Of a DNA stretch of 64,000 nucleotides, positions 1 through 10,225 are shown piece after piece. The notes under the pieces were generated by a model that did no database searches, was not told the origin of the DNA, and was given only the letters and a program-made list of their open reading frames with translations. Numbering within the stretch: position 1 is the stretch's first letter; each line of letters opens with the position of its first letter. Made by a program: the position numbers and the translations under genes. The stretch lies in contig OZ024746.1 in assembly GCA_964016885.1 (NCBI GenBank), positions 81,096,001-81,160,000 of the forward strand, given 5' to 3'. The DNA is from Eledone cirrhosa. Its lineage: Eukaryota.

Positions 1-103
1 ACACACACTCACACATCTCTCTCACTCTTGCTCAGTCACACACAAGCATGCATATAGTCCTCTCTATCTCTCTTTCTTGCTCATACACATGGATGTCCCC
101 CTG

Positions 104-140
<37 letters not shown>

Positions 141-269
141 CACAGACACAGATTCTCATCTAGTTTTGTGAATACAGTTACATTGAATCAAATGTAGTTT
201 TGCTCGCAATTTACTATCCTAGATAAAAGTATTAGAGCATAGGACAAAATGCAGCAGCAAGTGTACTAA

Positions 270-460
270 CCCTTTAGCATTTAAACCGGCCGTATCCGGT
301 CAGAATCCTCTCACCTCTTTCTGTTCAAACCAGCCATACCTAGCCACTCATACCAATGTTAAGGTATTGTTCTCAAAATAAATAATATCAAAATCTCATA
401 GATTCGATATTATGTGAGATATTATGTGAGATAAAGCCTTTACTGTGAAAATACTATAGA
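270..460 (+). mobile_element. Truncated copy of TTAA-type (piggyBac-like) MITE family 1
   Basis: Starts CCCTTTAGCATTTAAACCGGCC and matches the complete copy at 45911-46133; right TIR missing. Confidence 0.75.
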
Positions 461-761
461 TAAAGTGAGAGGTTAGCTTTGTGGGTCCCATGATAGACTT
501 CAAACTCACCATGGGTTCTTTTTGAAGTAATGTTTTATAGTGGATGCCATTCCTGGCAGCAACCCTTTTAGTCACTCCTTATGACATGCAGGAATATTGT
601 ATATTTATTATAAATCAGATATATACAGCATTGAACCAAATGTTCTGCAGTATTTCTTCCAGCTCATTCTGAGCAGGCTCTAGTTGGGGTGAGAAACTAG
701 CTGTGTTGGAGCTCTTTCCAAACACCAGTTGAATATATCAATAAATGACAAGCTTAGGTAA

Positions 762-1066
762 TAATTGCTTCTACTTTTGGCACAAGGCCAGCAATTATCC
801 CAGTGTATTACTGGTACTTTATTTTATTGACCCCGTAAGGATGAAAGGCAAAGTTAACCTCGGCAGGATTTGAACTCAGACCATAAAAGGCCATAACTCT
901 TTGCTGCAAAGCATAGGTAATAATTAACCAATAATTGTTTCTATGTTAGGCACAAGGCCAGCAATTACTCAGTGTGTTACTGGTACTTTATTTTATCGAC
1001 CCCGTAAGGATGAAAGGCAAAGTTAACCTCGGCGGGATTTGAACTCAGAATGGCAAGGGCCATTAA
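762..1066 (-). mobile_element. Two tandem partial tRNA-derived SINEs (family 1)
   Basis: Two copies of TTGTTTCTAC...GGCACAAGGCCAGCAATT...GGATGAAAGGCAAAGTTAACCTCGGCGGGATTTGAACTCAG, the reverse complement of the full copy at 53621-53807. Confidence 0.9.
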
Positions 1067-1355
1067 CCAATAATATCTGGGGTTGCTGCTTCTCACAGGT
1101 CAATAGTGGCTATTGAGGTTTACAACCTCATTCAACCTTAAAGTACAAGTTAAGAAGATTCATTTGACACTTGAATATATTTTACTTGTTAAATGGTTAT
1201 GTGAAATGAACTATTATATTGACAATAATTTGTATAATGCTGCCATCTGTCTACTTTCCTATCTACCCATCTCTACGTCAATCCATTTGGCTATCTTTCT
1301 GTCTGTCCGTGTGTCTATCTATTTACTTACATATCGATCTATCTATCTAGCTACT

Positions 1356-1733
1356 TAGGAAAAGAGTCAGGACCCCGATGGCTGAGCTCCAGCCGTTTCG
1401 ACAGCTAAATCCGAACTAAACCAGTAGTATTAGGACGGCAGGGACCTAGCTGAACTTATTAAGGGGTACAGTCCATATATGGGCATGCAATCAAGACAGA
1501 ACTAGACATATCAAATCAAACAATCCTAAAAATTGTTGTTTTTCTTGTCTGTCACGAGGAGTGGTCAATGATTTTGGCGTCATGTACATGGCTAAATATA
1601 CATGATGGTCGAAACGGCTGGAGCTCAGCCGTCGAGGTCCTGACTCTTTTCCTATTACCCACTCTACTACCCTAAGTATCTAGTACTGTGGTGCGTTATG
1701 GTCCATCTGGTTCCTTACCACACTTTCTTTGTT
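1356..1733. mobile_element. Penelope-like/retrozyme-like remnant with a ~47-bp inverted repeat, inserted in (ATCT)n
   Basis: 1356-1402 and 1608-1654 are reverse complements with 2 mismatches; both arms carry the hammerhead 3' half GAAAC-GGCTG-GAGCT-CAGCC-RTC; ATCT microsatellite on both sides. Confidence 0.6.
1372..1467 (-). ncRNA. Degenerate type I hammerhead ribozyme (U3-A8 variant core with G5A)
   Basis: Minus strand: ACCCC-UUAAUAA-GUU-CAGCUAGGUCC...GGAUUUAGCUG-UC-GAAAC-GGCUG-GAGCU-CAGCC-AUC-GGGGU. Stems I (5 bp), II (11 bp) and III are in the correct order; core deviates from CUGAUGA. Confidence 0.55.
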
Positions 1734-2203
1734 ATCTATCTATCTAACTATCTATCTATTTATCTATCTTTCTGTCTGCCTACCTGTCTGTCTATATTCC
1801 CATCTCTCTATGTATCCAACTATGTCTGTATATCTGTCTATTTGTCTGACTGTCTATCTGTTTGTCTGTCTGTCTATCTATGGAGTTTGTTAGCTCATCC
1901 ACCTGTCTATTTAAATGGGGTGTTAGTCAGGGGTGGGAGCTAAATACACCTCTATGTCTCTGACTGTTTACCCAGTCATCTTGTTTGACTATTTGGTAAA
2001 CTACAATCACTTAATCAACTGAACCAGGAAAAGGAAATGCTTGTGTAGTTACTTACTCAATAACTAACCAATAATCAACCAGAATGTGTGTTTGGTTGTG
2101 TTTGTTTTTGTGCATGTGTCTGTCTATGTGTGTATGAGAAAGAGAGAGTGAGTGTGAGAGGGTTAGATAGATAGATAGATAGACACAGAAAGAGATAGAT
2201 AGA

Positions 2204-2578
2204 TATGTTTCTTTATTAACCACAGGGGCACAAAAGAAGGGGACAAATACAAAGGGGGAAGTTTACATACAATAAAAACATGTAAAATATTATCACAAAT
2301 GCAATTTAAAAATCAATCGATTTTCCCCAATAGAGGGAGACATTACATATGGGTAACACATACCCCCGAAAAAAAATGTGCAACCCTCATCTCCAGGAGT
2401 ATGAAGAGTTTGTACTCCTTTCCTCTCCTCCTCCTTTTCCTCAACCTATAGGCTGATATAGAGAGAAGGCCCATTCACTCGGGCCATCTTTGCCACATTC
2501 ATCCACCTTTCATAAAACTTGCTGGGGTACAGCACCTCTCTCTCCATCCTGATTCTTCTTCCAAAGTGGTATAGAAAG
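2204..2578 (-). mobile_element. 3' end of a Tx1/L1-like non-LTR retrotransposon inserted in (GATA)n
   Basis: Minus ORF end 2577-2446 FLYHFGRRIRMEREVLYPSKFYERWMNVAKMARVNGPSLYISL* resembles the Tx1 ORF2 C-terminus; pyrimidine-rich 3'UTR; AATAAAGAAAC runs into ATCT repeats; GATA repeats on both flanks. Confidence 0.55.
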
Positions 2579-3434
2579 ATAGATAGATAGATATAAAGAG
2601 AGAAACAGAAAAAAAAAGAGAGAGATAGAATAAGACAGGGCAGTATGACTGAGGTGTAATTTAAGGTTGTTAATTACAATCTATTTACCTGTCAGCTGTT
2701 ATATAGTAGTTAATTACAAGTGCTATTTGGAGCTGTCAACTTAAAAAGGTTAACTTGTATGGTACCTGTATTCTACATAGCATGTTTTAATCTCCTTTAT
2801 CTGTCATCAGTTCAACTAGGCACATCACAAATTTGTCAATGTTGCACTATTAACATTTGTATTTCAATGTGTAATTAAGAAAAAAATATTAAAAACCTTT
2901 TTGTGTATATCGTTATTTTGTTGTATGTATAGTTTGTGCTTTCAGTCGGTTCTCTTTGTGTTACATTTTATAACTACAGTGTTTAACTCTGGACTTAATG
3001 TTTGTTTTTAACATTCGATCCATTGAGTGCTCTGTGATAGCCTTATAATAAATCAAATTGTACTTGCTGTACTGCAGCTAAAGTTCGATTTACAATTACA
3101 TATTTAATACAGATAGTTAATATAATACACAGGCCAGGCCAGATGTAGTCTAGTTAGCATGGGTCTACAATTTTTATTAGATTAGGGCGAGGGCTATTCG
3201 TTTCGAAGTCGAGTTCTTTTATTCAGTTCTGTTACTTGCAAGTACATCATGTACACTACATGTATATGTCTATAACCATAACCTATACATAAATCATATG
3301 TATGTAATACTGATAACACTGCAGTTTCCATCTATCACATTTTATAACTATCCTAAGCCTGTTACCAGCTTTGCACAGCACAGCCCTAATGATACATGAA
3401 TAAAAGACTTACAGAATTTATTTTAATAATTTAA

Positions 3435-3690
3435 CCCTATAGATAAAAAAAACTCCCATGAAAACTGCCTCTGGTTGATACAAAGTGGTTTATTTTAAAG
3501 TGTTTATGTTTAAATTTAAACTTTCCGAAATATTTTTATGTAAGACATTTTTGTTGTTTCAAATAGCAGCTGAATCATGAGCAGTTAGCTCTATTACTAA
3601 ATACCTCCAAATTCTTGATTATTTTCAAAATAATAAGAAAATCATAGGCAATATATTTTATTAGAAATATGGTAATGAAATAAAATATAT
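3435..3690. mobile_element. Old TTAA-type MITE family 2 fragment
   Basis: TTAACCCT start; inverted similarity to 22226-22717 and to fragments near 18425, 28070, 39850, 40570, 48870, 51600, 56290 and 59490. Confidence 0.55.
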
Positions 3691-4536
3691 GATTAAAAGG
3701 GAAAAAATGTAGTAGTATAACTGATTTGATGTTATATTTTTGCTGAAGTAAGAGTTACTGTTATCTTTGTACATGGTTTAACTGTTGTTACTTATACACG
3801 CCCACGCATGGACACACATACACACCCACACACAGATGCATACACACACCTACACACCCACACATGGCCACACATGTACATGTGCACACACACTCACATG
3901 CCCACACATAAACACACATACACTCTCACACACATATACTCACAAGCCCACATGTACACTCACACATATGCACAAAGTGACATATAATACCTTTTTAACC
4001 AAAATAGAAGACAGACAACTGAATTAGTCATGGTGGAGGGGAGTTGAAAGGTTCCTTTTATCATCATCATCATCATCATCATTATTTTTATTTTTCTCTC
4101 CCAGCAATTCATATCAATGTTCATCTCTCTACCCCCAAAACAGATTGTCAGATATTTTTGTTGGTTTGTTAGTTTTTTTCAATGTTATCTATCCTATTAT
4201 TTATTCCTATGAAACACTCAACACTACAAACATTAGCATTAAGAAGAATAACAATTGTTCCTTTGTTTTGTTATGTTTTTATTCATTTGTATTGGTTTTT
4301 ATTAGTTGTGAATGCATTTTCTTTTAAATTCATATTTTATGTTATTTTATTCTTTTAATTTTACTGGTTTCAATCAGATTGTGGCCATGCTGGTGCATTA
4401 CCTTAAAGGGAAGTTTTAGGCAATCTAATCAACCCCAGTATTTGTTTTATCGATTTCATTATTATTATTAATTTTTTTTAACCACTAAGTTACAGGACAT
4501 AAACACACACACACATTTTATAAAATACATATATAT

Positions 4537-4594
<58 letters not shown>

Positions 4595-4697
4595 AGTTAG
4601 AAACTCAGAGTAGTCTCTTACAATTAAATAGCTCTAAGAAAAAAGCTTTTCCGAGCCGTACAATATAATTGAATAAACAAGAGAGATGAACACTAAT

Positions 4698-4928
4698 ATA
4701 AACATACATGTATTCGAATCGTAAGGACCAAGTTTGCTAGGGTGAAAAAAATACTAACTACAGCAATATGGTTTGAGAAAAATAACAGACCTATATTGGG
4801 CAATCGCTGGTAATACCAGCGATTGCCCAATATAGGTCTGTTATTTTTCTCAAACCATATTGCTGTAGTTAGTATTTTTTTCACCCTAGCAAACTTGGTC
4901 CTTACGATTCGAATACATGTATGTTTAT
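4698..4928. repeat. Perfect palindrome, 115-bp arms around a 1-nt centre (4813)
   Basis: ...GGGCAATCGCTGGTA-A-TACCAGCGATTGCCC...; arms are complementary out to 4698/4928; lies between two (TA)n tracts. Confidence 0.95.
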
Positions 4929-5481
4929 TCAATTATATATATATATATATATGTCCAACCCATACAAATATAGAAAAATAGATGTAAAAATTCTGTTGAT
5001 GATTATATACACTAGCAGAAAACCGCTCCGCAGGCGGTTTTCTGCTAGCATATATAGTGTGTATATTGATATACGCAAATAGATATGCACATAGATATAA
5101 TACGTAAATTGACAATATGCACATAAACTGAACAAAGACTGTGTTTCACTTACTTTTGTAATCAGTAAAGTAATCCATGATACATTTTTAAAAAAGAGAC
5201 GATAATGGAGATGGAAAAGCGATGAAACTGTTGACGGAAAATGTTCATGAATCTTCACTTGAGAATGTCGATGGGAAGCTTCAAGCAGTGAATTTAAAAA
5301 TAGATGCTGCTTGTATGAATGAATGAATTGCATTTACCAATATGAAGAGTTGACCTTCGCTATATTGTTGTTTTATTGTATTCACATATAGACTTCTTAA
5401 GTTTTTGTAGTGTCCCTTTTCTAGCAGTTAAAAAGAAACTGAAATGCATTTCAACTAAAAGAGAGTGATAACTGTTTCACA

Positions 5482-6580
5482 TCACTGTAGAATTTCTTTG
5501 TAGACACAGTTGTCAGCAAACAGACGCCTTTCATTTAATATTTTTTTTTTTTTTTTTTTTGTAACTCGTGATAATGCAACATACATCTGACCATGCGAGA
5601 AGAATTGTGTTGGTAGATATACACCTATCTTTTCAAATGTCTGCCCTTGTGCCTTGTTGCATGTAAGGGCAAAGGCTGGTTTGACAGGAAATTGCTTGCG
5701 AGTAAAGGTGAAAGGGAACTCAAGCTCTTAAGATACATGTGGTATCCTTGGGATTAGCAACCTTGTTCCAGCATTGGGACCCAATGCCACTTCAGCTTCA
5801 ATTATATGATTATGTAAACTGATGATGATGTAGCGTGTACCATTGCAATGCCCATTTAGAGGATCCAGATTTCTCAGAAGCATGATGCAACTGCCTTTCT
5901 TCAGTTTAAGTATGTGTGTTGGGAAGCCTGATGGGGTAAGTTTGTTGATGAACTCAATTGGATATTGCAGTTCCTCATCTGCTGTATCAGAGCTTCTGTA
6001 GATTATTTCATGACCAGGGAACTTGTTGACTATGAACACATTCACCAATCTTGCTGCATTATTTGTTGGGGTGATAATGGCTTTATTTGCAAGCCATAGT
6101 GGGTTTGTGTAACTTACTGGAAGATTTGTATACACAAAATCATACAGTCCAGATACATTACTATATTCCAGACAAAGTTCATTTGGCAGAAGTATTGTGA
6201 ATGCACCTACAGTTGGAATGTTACCATTTCCCACATCAAGAAGGTAGTTTGCAAACTGTCTTTCATCAGAATCCTCTGCATTAATTAACTGTTGATTGGT
6301 TGTCATCTCCATAGTTTCCACATAGTCCCAGAGATAGGATCTCTTGATGGTTGCCTCAACTATTTGTGGTCTAACACCATGACGTACAACTGGAAGAATT
6401 TGCTTCCAGTCACCAGATAGTAATACTGTTAGACCACCAAAAGGCTTTTTGCAATCTCGAACATCTTTGAAGCTCCCGTCAAGGCATTCAAAGATATGCT
6501 TATGTCCCATACCTATCTCATCAATGATTAGCAGCTCAGCTTGCTGCATAAGTTTACCTGTGTCATCCCTCTTTGTGAAG
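5482..6580 (-). pseudogene. Helitron RepHel PIF1-family helicase, C-terminal half, disrupted
   Basis: Motifs LLIIDEIGM (II), PFGGLTVLLSGDWKQILPVV (III), AIITPTNN (IV), MLLRNLDP..GHCNGTR. In-frame TAA at 5730-5728, then [21 protein letters not shown] (V) and [13 protein letters not shown] (VI), a poly-A disruption, and [10 protein letters not shown] ending at 5482. No Walker A or Rep domain. Confidence 0.93.
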
Positions 6581-6589
6581 TACGCTCCG

Positions 6590-6894
6590 GCATTCGCGCA
6601 TGCATAGAACGGACCAGCCTTTGCGCATGCGCAGTACGGACCTGCCTTCACGCATGCGCATAACGGACCAGCCTTTGCGCATGAGCAGTACAGACCAGCC
6701 TTCGCGCATGCGCAGTACGGACCCACCTTCACGCATGCGCAGTACGGACCAGCCTTCGCGCATGAGCACTACGGACCAGCCTTCGCGCATGCGCACTTTG
6801 GAAAAGACTTTGGGCATGCGCACTTCGGACAAGACTTCGCGCATGCGCACTTGGGACCAGACTTCAGGCATGCGTACTTGGGACTAGACTTCGC
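6590..6894. repeat. GC/CpG-rich 27-bp minisatellite, about 11 units, consensus CCTTCGCGCATGCGCAGTACGGACCAG
   Basis: GCATG recurs every 27 nt from 6598 to 6868; perfect GCGCATGCGC at about 6623, 6704, 6785 and 6839. Confidence 0.95.
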
Positions 6895-7178
6895 ATATAT
6901 ATATGTCTATGTATGAATAGATATATCTGTGTGTGTGTGTGTGTGTGTGAGTGTGTGTCATTTCATGAATTATGAAGAATTTGCAAGTTACTTCACCCGG
7001 GGAGGATTAATAATAGCTTCACTAACTTCAGAAGACGATTTGTGTGTGGTGTGGTATGTATGTGTGTGTGTATATATATGAATATATATATATATATGTG
7101 TGTGTGTCTGCATCAGACATAATTTATATGCTATTACATTTATATATATCTAATCAATGGGCGTACAACAGTGCTTAA

Positions 7179-7979
7179 TCTAAACTATAATAAAGTAAGA
7201 AGCGCGGGACTGCGTACGGTTTATAATTTTTTATCCTATTAGTAAAATAAGTTGGATTACTTTGAATAAATAATTGTTTCTACTTTTGGCACAAGGCCAG
7301 CAAGGATGAAAGGCAAAGTTAACCTCGGCGGGATTTGAACTCAGAATGGAAAGGGCGTAACTCTATGCGTCAAAGCATGGCGTCCGACCCTCTACCGATA
7401 CTGCCAATCCATCAATGAATGAATATTACATAATTTATCTACTAAATTTCGTGGCTGTTCATTAAATATATTTTATTACTTATTTAAAGATTAACTTCTT
7501 TAAAATTTTCAAATATCAACACTTACGGTTAGCGATCGTTTAAATAAATATTCATATATTTCTGTCACTAATTTTCTACTAATGCAATTTATATATAATA
7601 TTGTCTTTTTTAAATGTATCATGGATTACATAAGACAGTGGAACATAGTTTTTGTTCAATTCCTGTGTATATTGTCAATTACGATTTTATTTGATCATAT
7701 CTACATGTATATAATATCAATATACACCCTACACAGATATATAATATCAATATACACACTACACAGATATATAATATTGTCGTTTTTTAATGTATCATGG
7801 ATTACGTTACTGATTACAGAAGACAGTATAACACAGACTTCGTTCAATTTCTGTGTATATTGTCAATTACGGTTTTATTTGATGTATCATATCTACATGC
7901 ATATATACTTACGTATAATATCAATATACACACTACACAAGCTAGCAGAAAACCACCCGAAGGGTTGTTTTTCTGCTAG
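7179..7979 (+). mobile_element. Non-autonomous Helitron (copy B) nested in inverted orientation inside copy A
   Basis: A|TCTAAACTATAATAAAG at 7179; 3' CTAGCAGAAAACCACCCGAAGGGTTGTTTTTCTGCTAG|T at 7942-7979; 7179-7450 matches revcomp of 8400-8542; 7775-7979 matches revcomp of 5012-5200. Confidence 0.85.
7272..7413 (-). mobile_element. Internally deleted family 1 SINE inserted in Helitron B
   Basis: SINE sequence interrupts TTGAATAAATAAT|GAATGAATATTAC, which is contiguous in copy A. Confidence 0.85.
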
Positions 7980-8553
7980 TTATATTAAATGAGTTTTTAA
8001 AAAAAGAGTTAATAAATAAATAAAGAGTTAATAAATAAATAAAACGTTATACTTGTTTTACCCTCCCATTTCCAATTAAACCGAACGCTATCATGACTGT
8101 ATGTGTGTGTTTGTGTAAATGTATATGTGTGAATGTATGTATGTTTGAATGTATATATGTGTGAATGTATGTATGTTTGTGTGAATTATGTCCGTCAGTG
8201 TTTATAAGTTTGTGTTTGCGCCATAATAGTTATAAACTCATACATATCGATATATGTATGTGCACACTCATACGCGTCAGTGTGTAGAAAATCATAATCT
8301 CTCTTTCTATATATATGGTAGTTGAAGTGGTGGTGGCGACGATATACCGGAAGTGCAACTTTGAAAAGAAGTCAATTTTAGATTATTTATTTTTACGAAA
8401 TTATTTGTTTACGAAATTTAGCACATAAATTATGTAATATTCATTCATTATTTATTCAAAGTAATCCAACTTATTTTACTAACTGGGTTAAAAGAAATAA
8501 ACCGTACACAGTCCCACAGCCCTTGCTTTATTATAGTTTAGATATATATATAC

Positions 8554-9212
8554 TTTAGGCCTCAGCAGTTGTTATTGTCAAGAGGGCCGAGGGTGTCTTA
8601 GCATCACTCAGCAAGACCTTTGTCAGCCGCTCTCCAGATATCTATTTAAGGCTGTATACAGCTATGGTGCGACCACACTTAGAATTTGCATCACCAGTCT
8701 GGAACCCCTATCTTGCTCAGGACATTGACCGCCTGGAAACTGTTCAGAGACGTGCAACCAAGCGAATACCCTCCATCAGGCATCTACCATACTCTGAGCG
8801 CCTTGCTTCCCTGGGCATGGATTCATTGAAGCTCCGACGCCTGGCAACTGACTTGGTAAACACCCACAAAATTGTTAACCATGTTGCCAACAACAACCCT
8901 GAGTGCCTTTTCGATTTCCATGTGTCTAACACACGTGGACATGCCCACAAAGTAAGAAAACAGCACAGTTCCCATGACTTTCGGAAACATTTTTTCACGC
9001 TCAGAGTTGCTGAAGCATGGAACAAACTACCTGCATCAGTTGTTAGCTGTCGAGACACTGCATCCTTTAAGGCCTCCATGCTTCCCGAGATCCGCCAACA
9101 CTACAGCTAACACATACAAACATGTACTTCCCTGGCATTTGTGTATTATTCTATGTACTATATTGACGAGTTGTAGTGCACCTGAGCACTTTACACAATA
9201 ATTTCATAATTA
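8554..9212 (+). mobile_element. 5'-truncated CR1-clade LINE 3' end (ORF2 C-terminus)
   Basis: VRPHLEFASPVWNPY...LETVQRRATK...YSERL...LRR...TRGH...RKHFFTLRVAEAWNKLP...SFK is the typical CR1-group tail; 3' stem-loop AGTGC-ACCTGA-GCACT and ATT-type tail. Confidence 0.92.
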
Positions 9213-9403
9213 TCTATCAAATTTCACTCACAAGACATTGGTCAAATCAAGGCTATAATATAGGAGGAATACTTGCGTATTTGTGCTTCTCAATGGGACT
9301 GTAACCTGAACCACTTAGTTACAAGCCAATCTCCTTAGTCACACAACCATGTCTGTGCCTATGTGACGTGAATTTGTTTCGTTTGTTTGTCTGTATTATT
9401 ATA

Positions 9404-10225
9404 TTGGCAGTATCGGTAGAGGGTCGGACGCCATGCTTTGACGCAAAGAGTTACGGCCCTTGCCATTCTGAGTTCAAAACTTTGCTTTCATCCTTACGGG
9501 GTCGATAAAATAAAGTACCAGTAATACACTGGATAATTGCTGGCCTTGTGCCAAAAGTAGAAACAATTATTATTTTATTTATGAGGGTGGTGGGTTGGCA
9601 GTATCGGTAGACCATCAGACAACATGCTTTGCAGCATATAGTTATGGCCCTTTGCATTCTGATTTCAAATCCCGGCGAAGTTAGCTTTGCTTTTCATCCT
9701 TACGAGGTCAATAAAATAAAGTACCAGTCACGCACTTGGGTTGATTTAATCAACTTTCTCATCCCACCTAAATTGCTGGCCTTGTGCTTAAAGTAGAAAC
9801 AATTATTTTATTTATGAGCGTGGTGAATTGGCGGTATCGGTAGACCGTCAGGGACCATGCTTTGTGGCATAAAGTTATGGCCCTTTGCGTTCTGATTTCA
9901 AATCCTGCCGATGTTAGTTTTGCCTTTCCTCCTTACCGAATCAATAAAATAAAGTACCAGTAATGCACTGGCGTTGATTTAATTGACTTTCCCCTCCATC
10001 AAAATTGTTGGTTTTGTGCCTAAATCTGAAACCATTCGGTGAATTGGCAGTATCGGTAGAGAGTCGGACACCATGCTTTGAAGCATAGAGTTACGTCCCT
10101 TTATGATCTGAGTTCAAATCCCGCCGAGGTTAACTTTGCCTTTCATCCTTACGGGGTCGATAAAATAAAGTACCAGTAATACACTGGATAATTGCTGGCC
10201 TTGTGCCAAAAATAGAAACAATTAT
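9404..10225 (+). mobile_element. Head-to-tail cluster of four family 1 tRNA-SINEs of mixed age
   Basis: Four repeats of TTGGC(A/G)GTATCGGTAGA...TTCAAA...CCTTAC...ATAAAATAAAGTACCAGT...GAAAC starting near 9404, 9585, 9816 and 10036. Confidence 0.9.

Larger units (their letters stand above)
5012..8542 (-). mobile_element. Internally deleted Helitron (copy A)
   Basis: Minus 5' end A|TCTAAACTATAATAAAG at 8542; minus 3' end hairpin plus CTAG|T at 5012; inserted between A and T with no TSD; co-oriented PIF1 helicase remnant inside; both termini homologous to copy B. Confidence 0.8.

Noticed and set aside
5728-6732. Functional cellular PIF1 gene
   Set aside because: No Walker A, a premature stop, a poly-A disruption, no introns, and enclosed by Helitron termini.
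6563-6887. ORFs 6563-6871 (-) and 6600-6887 (+) as repeat proteins
   Set aside because: They are open only because the 27-bp stop-poor minisatellite is a multiple of three.
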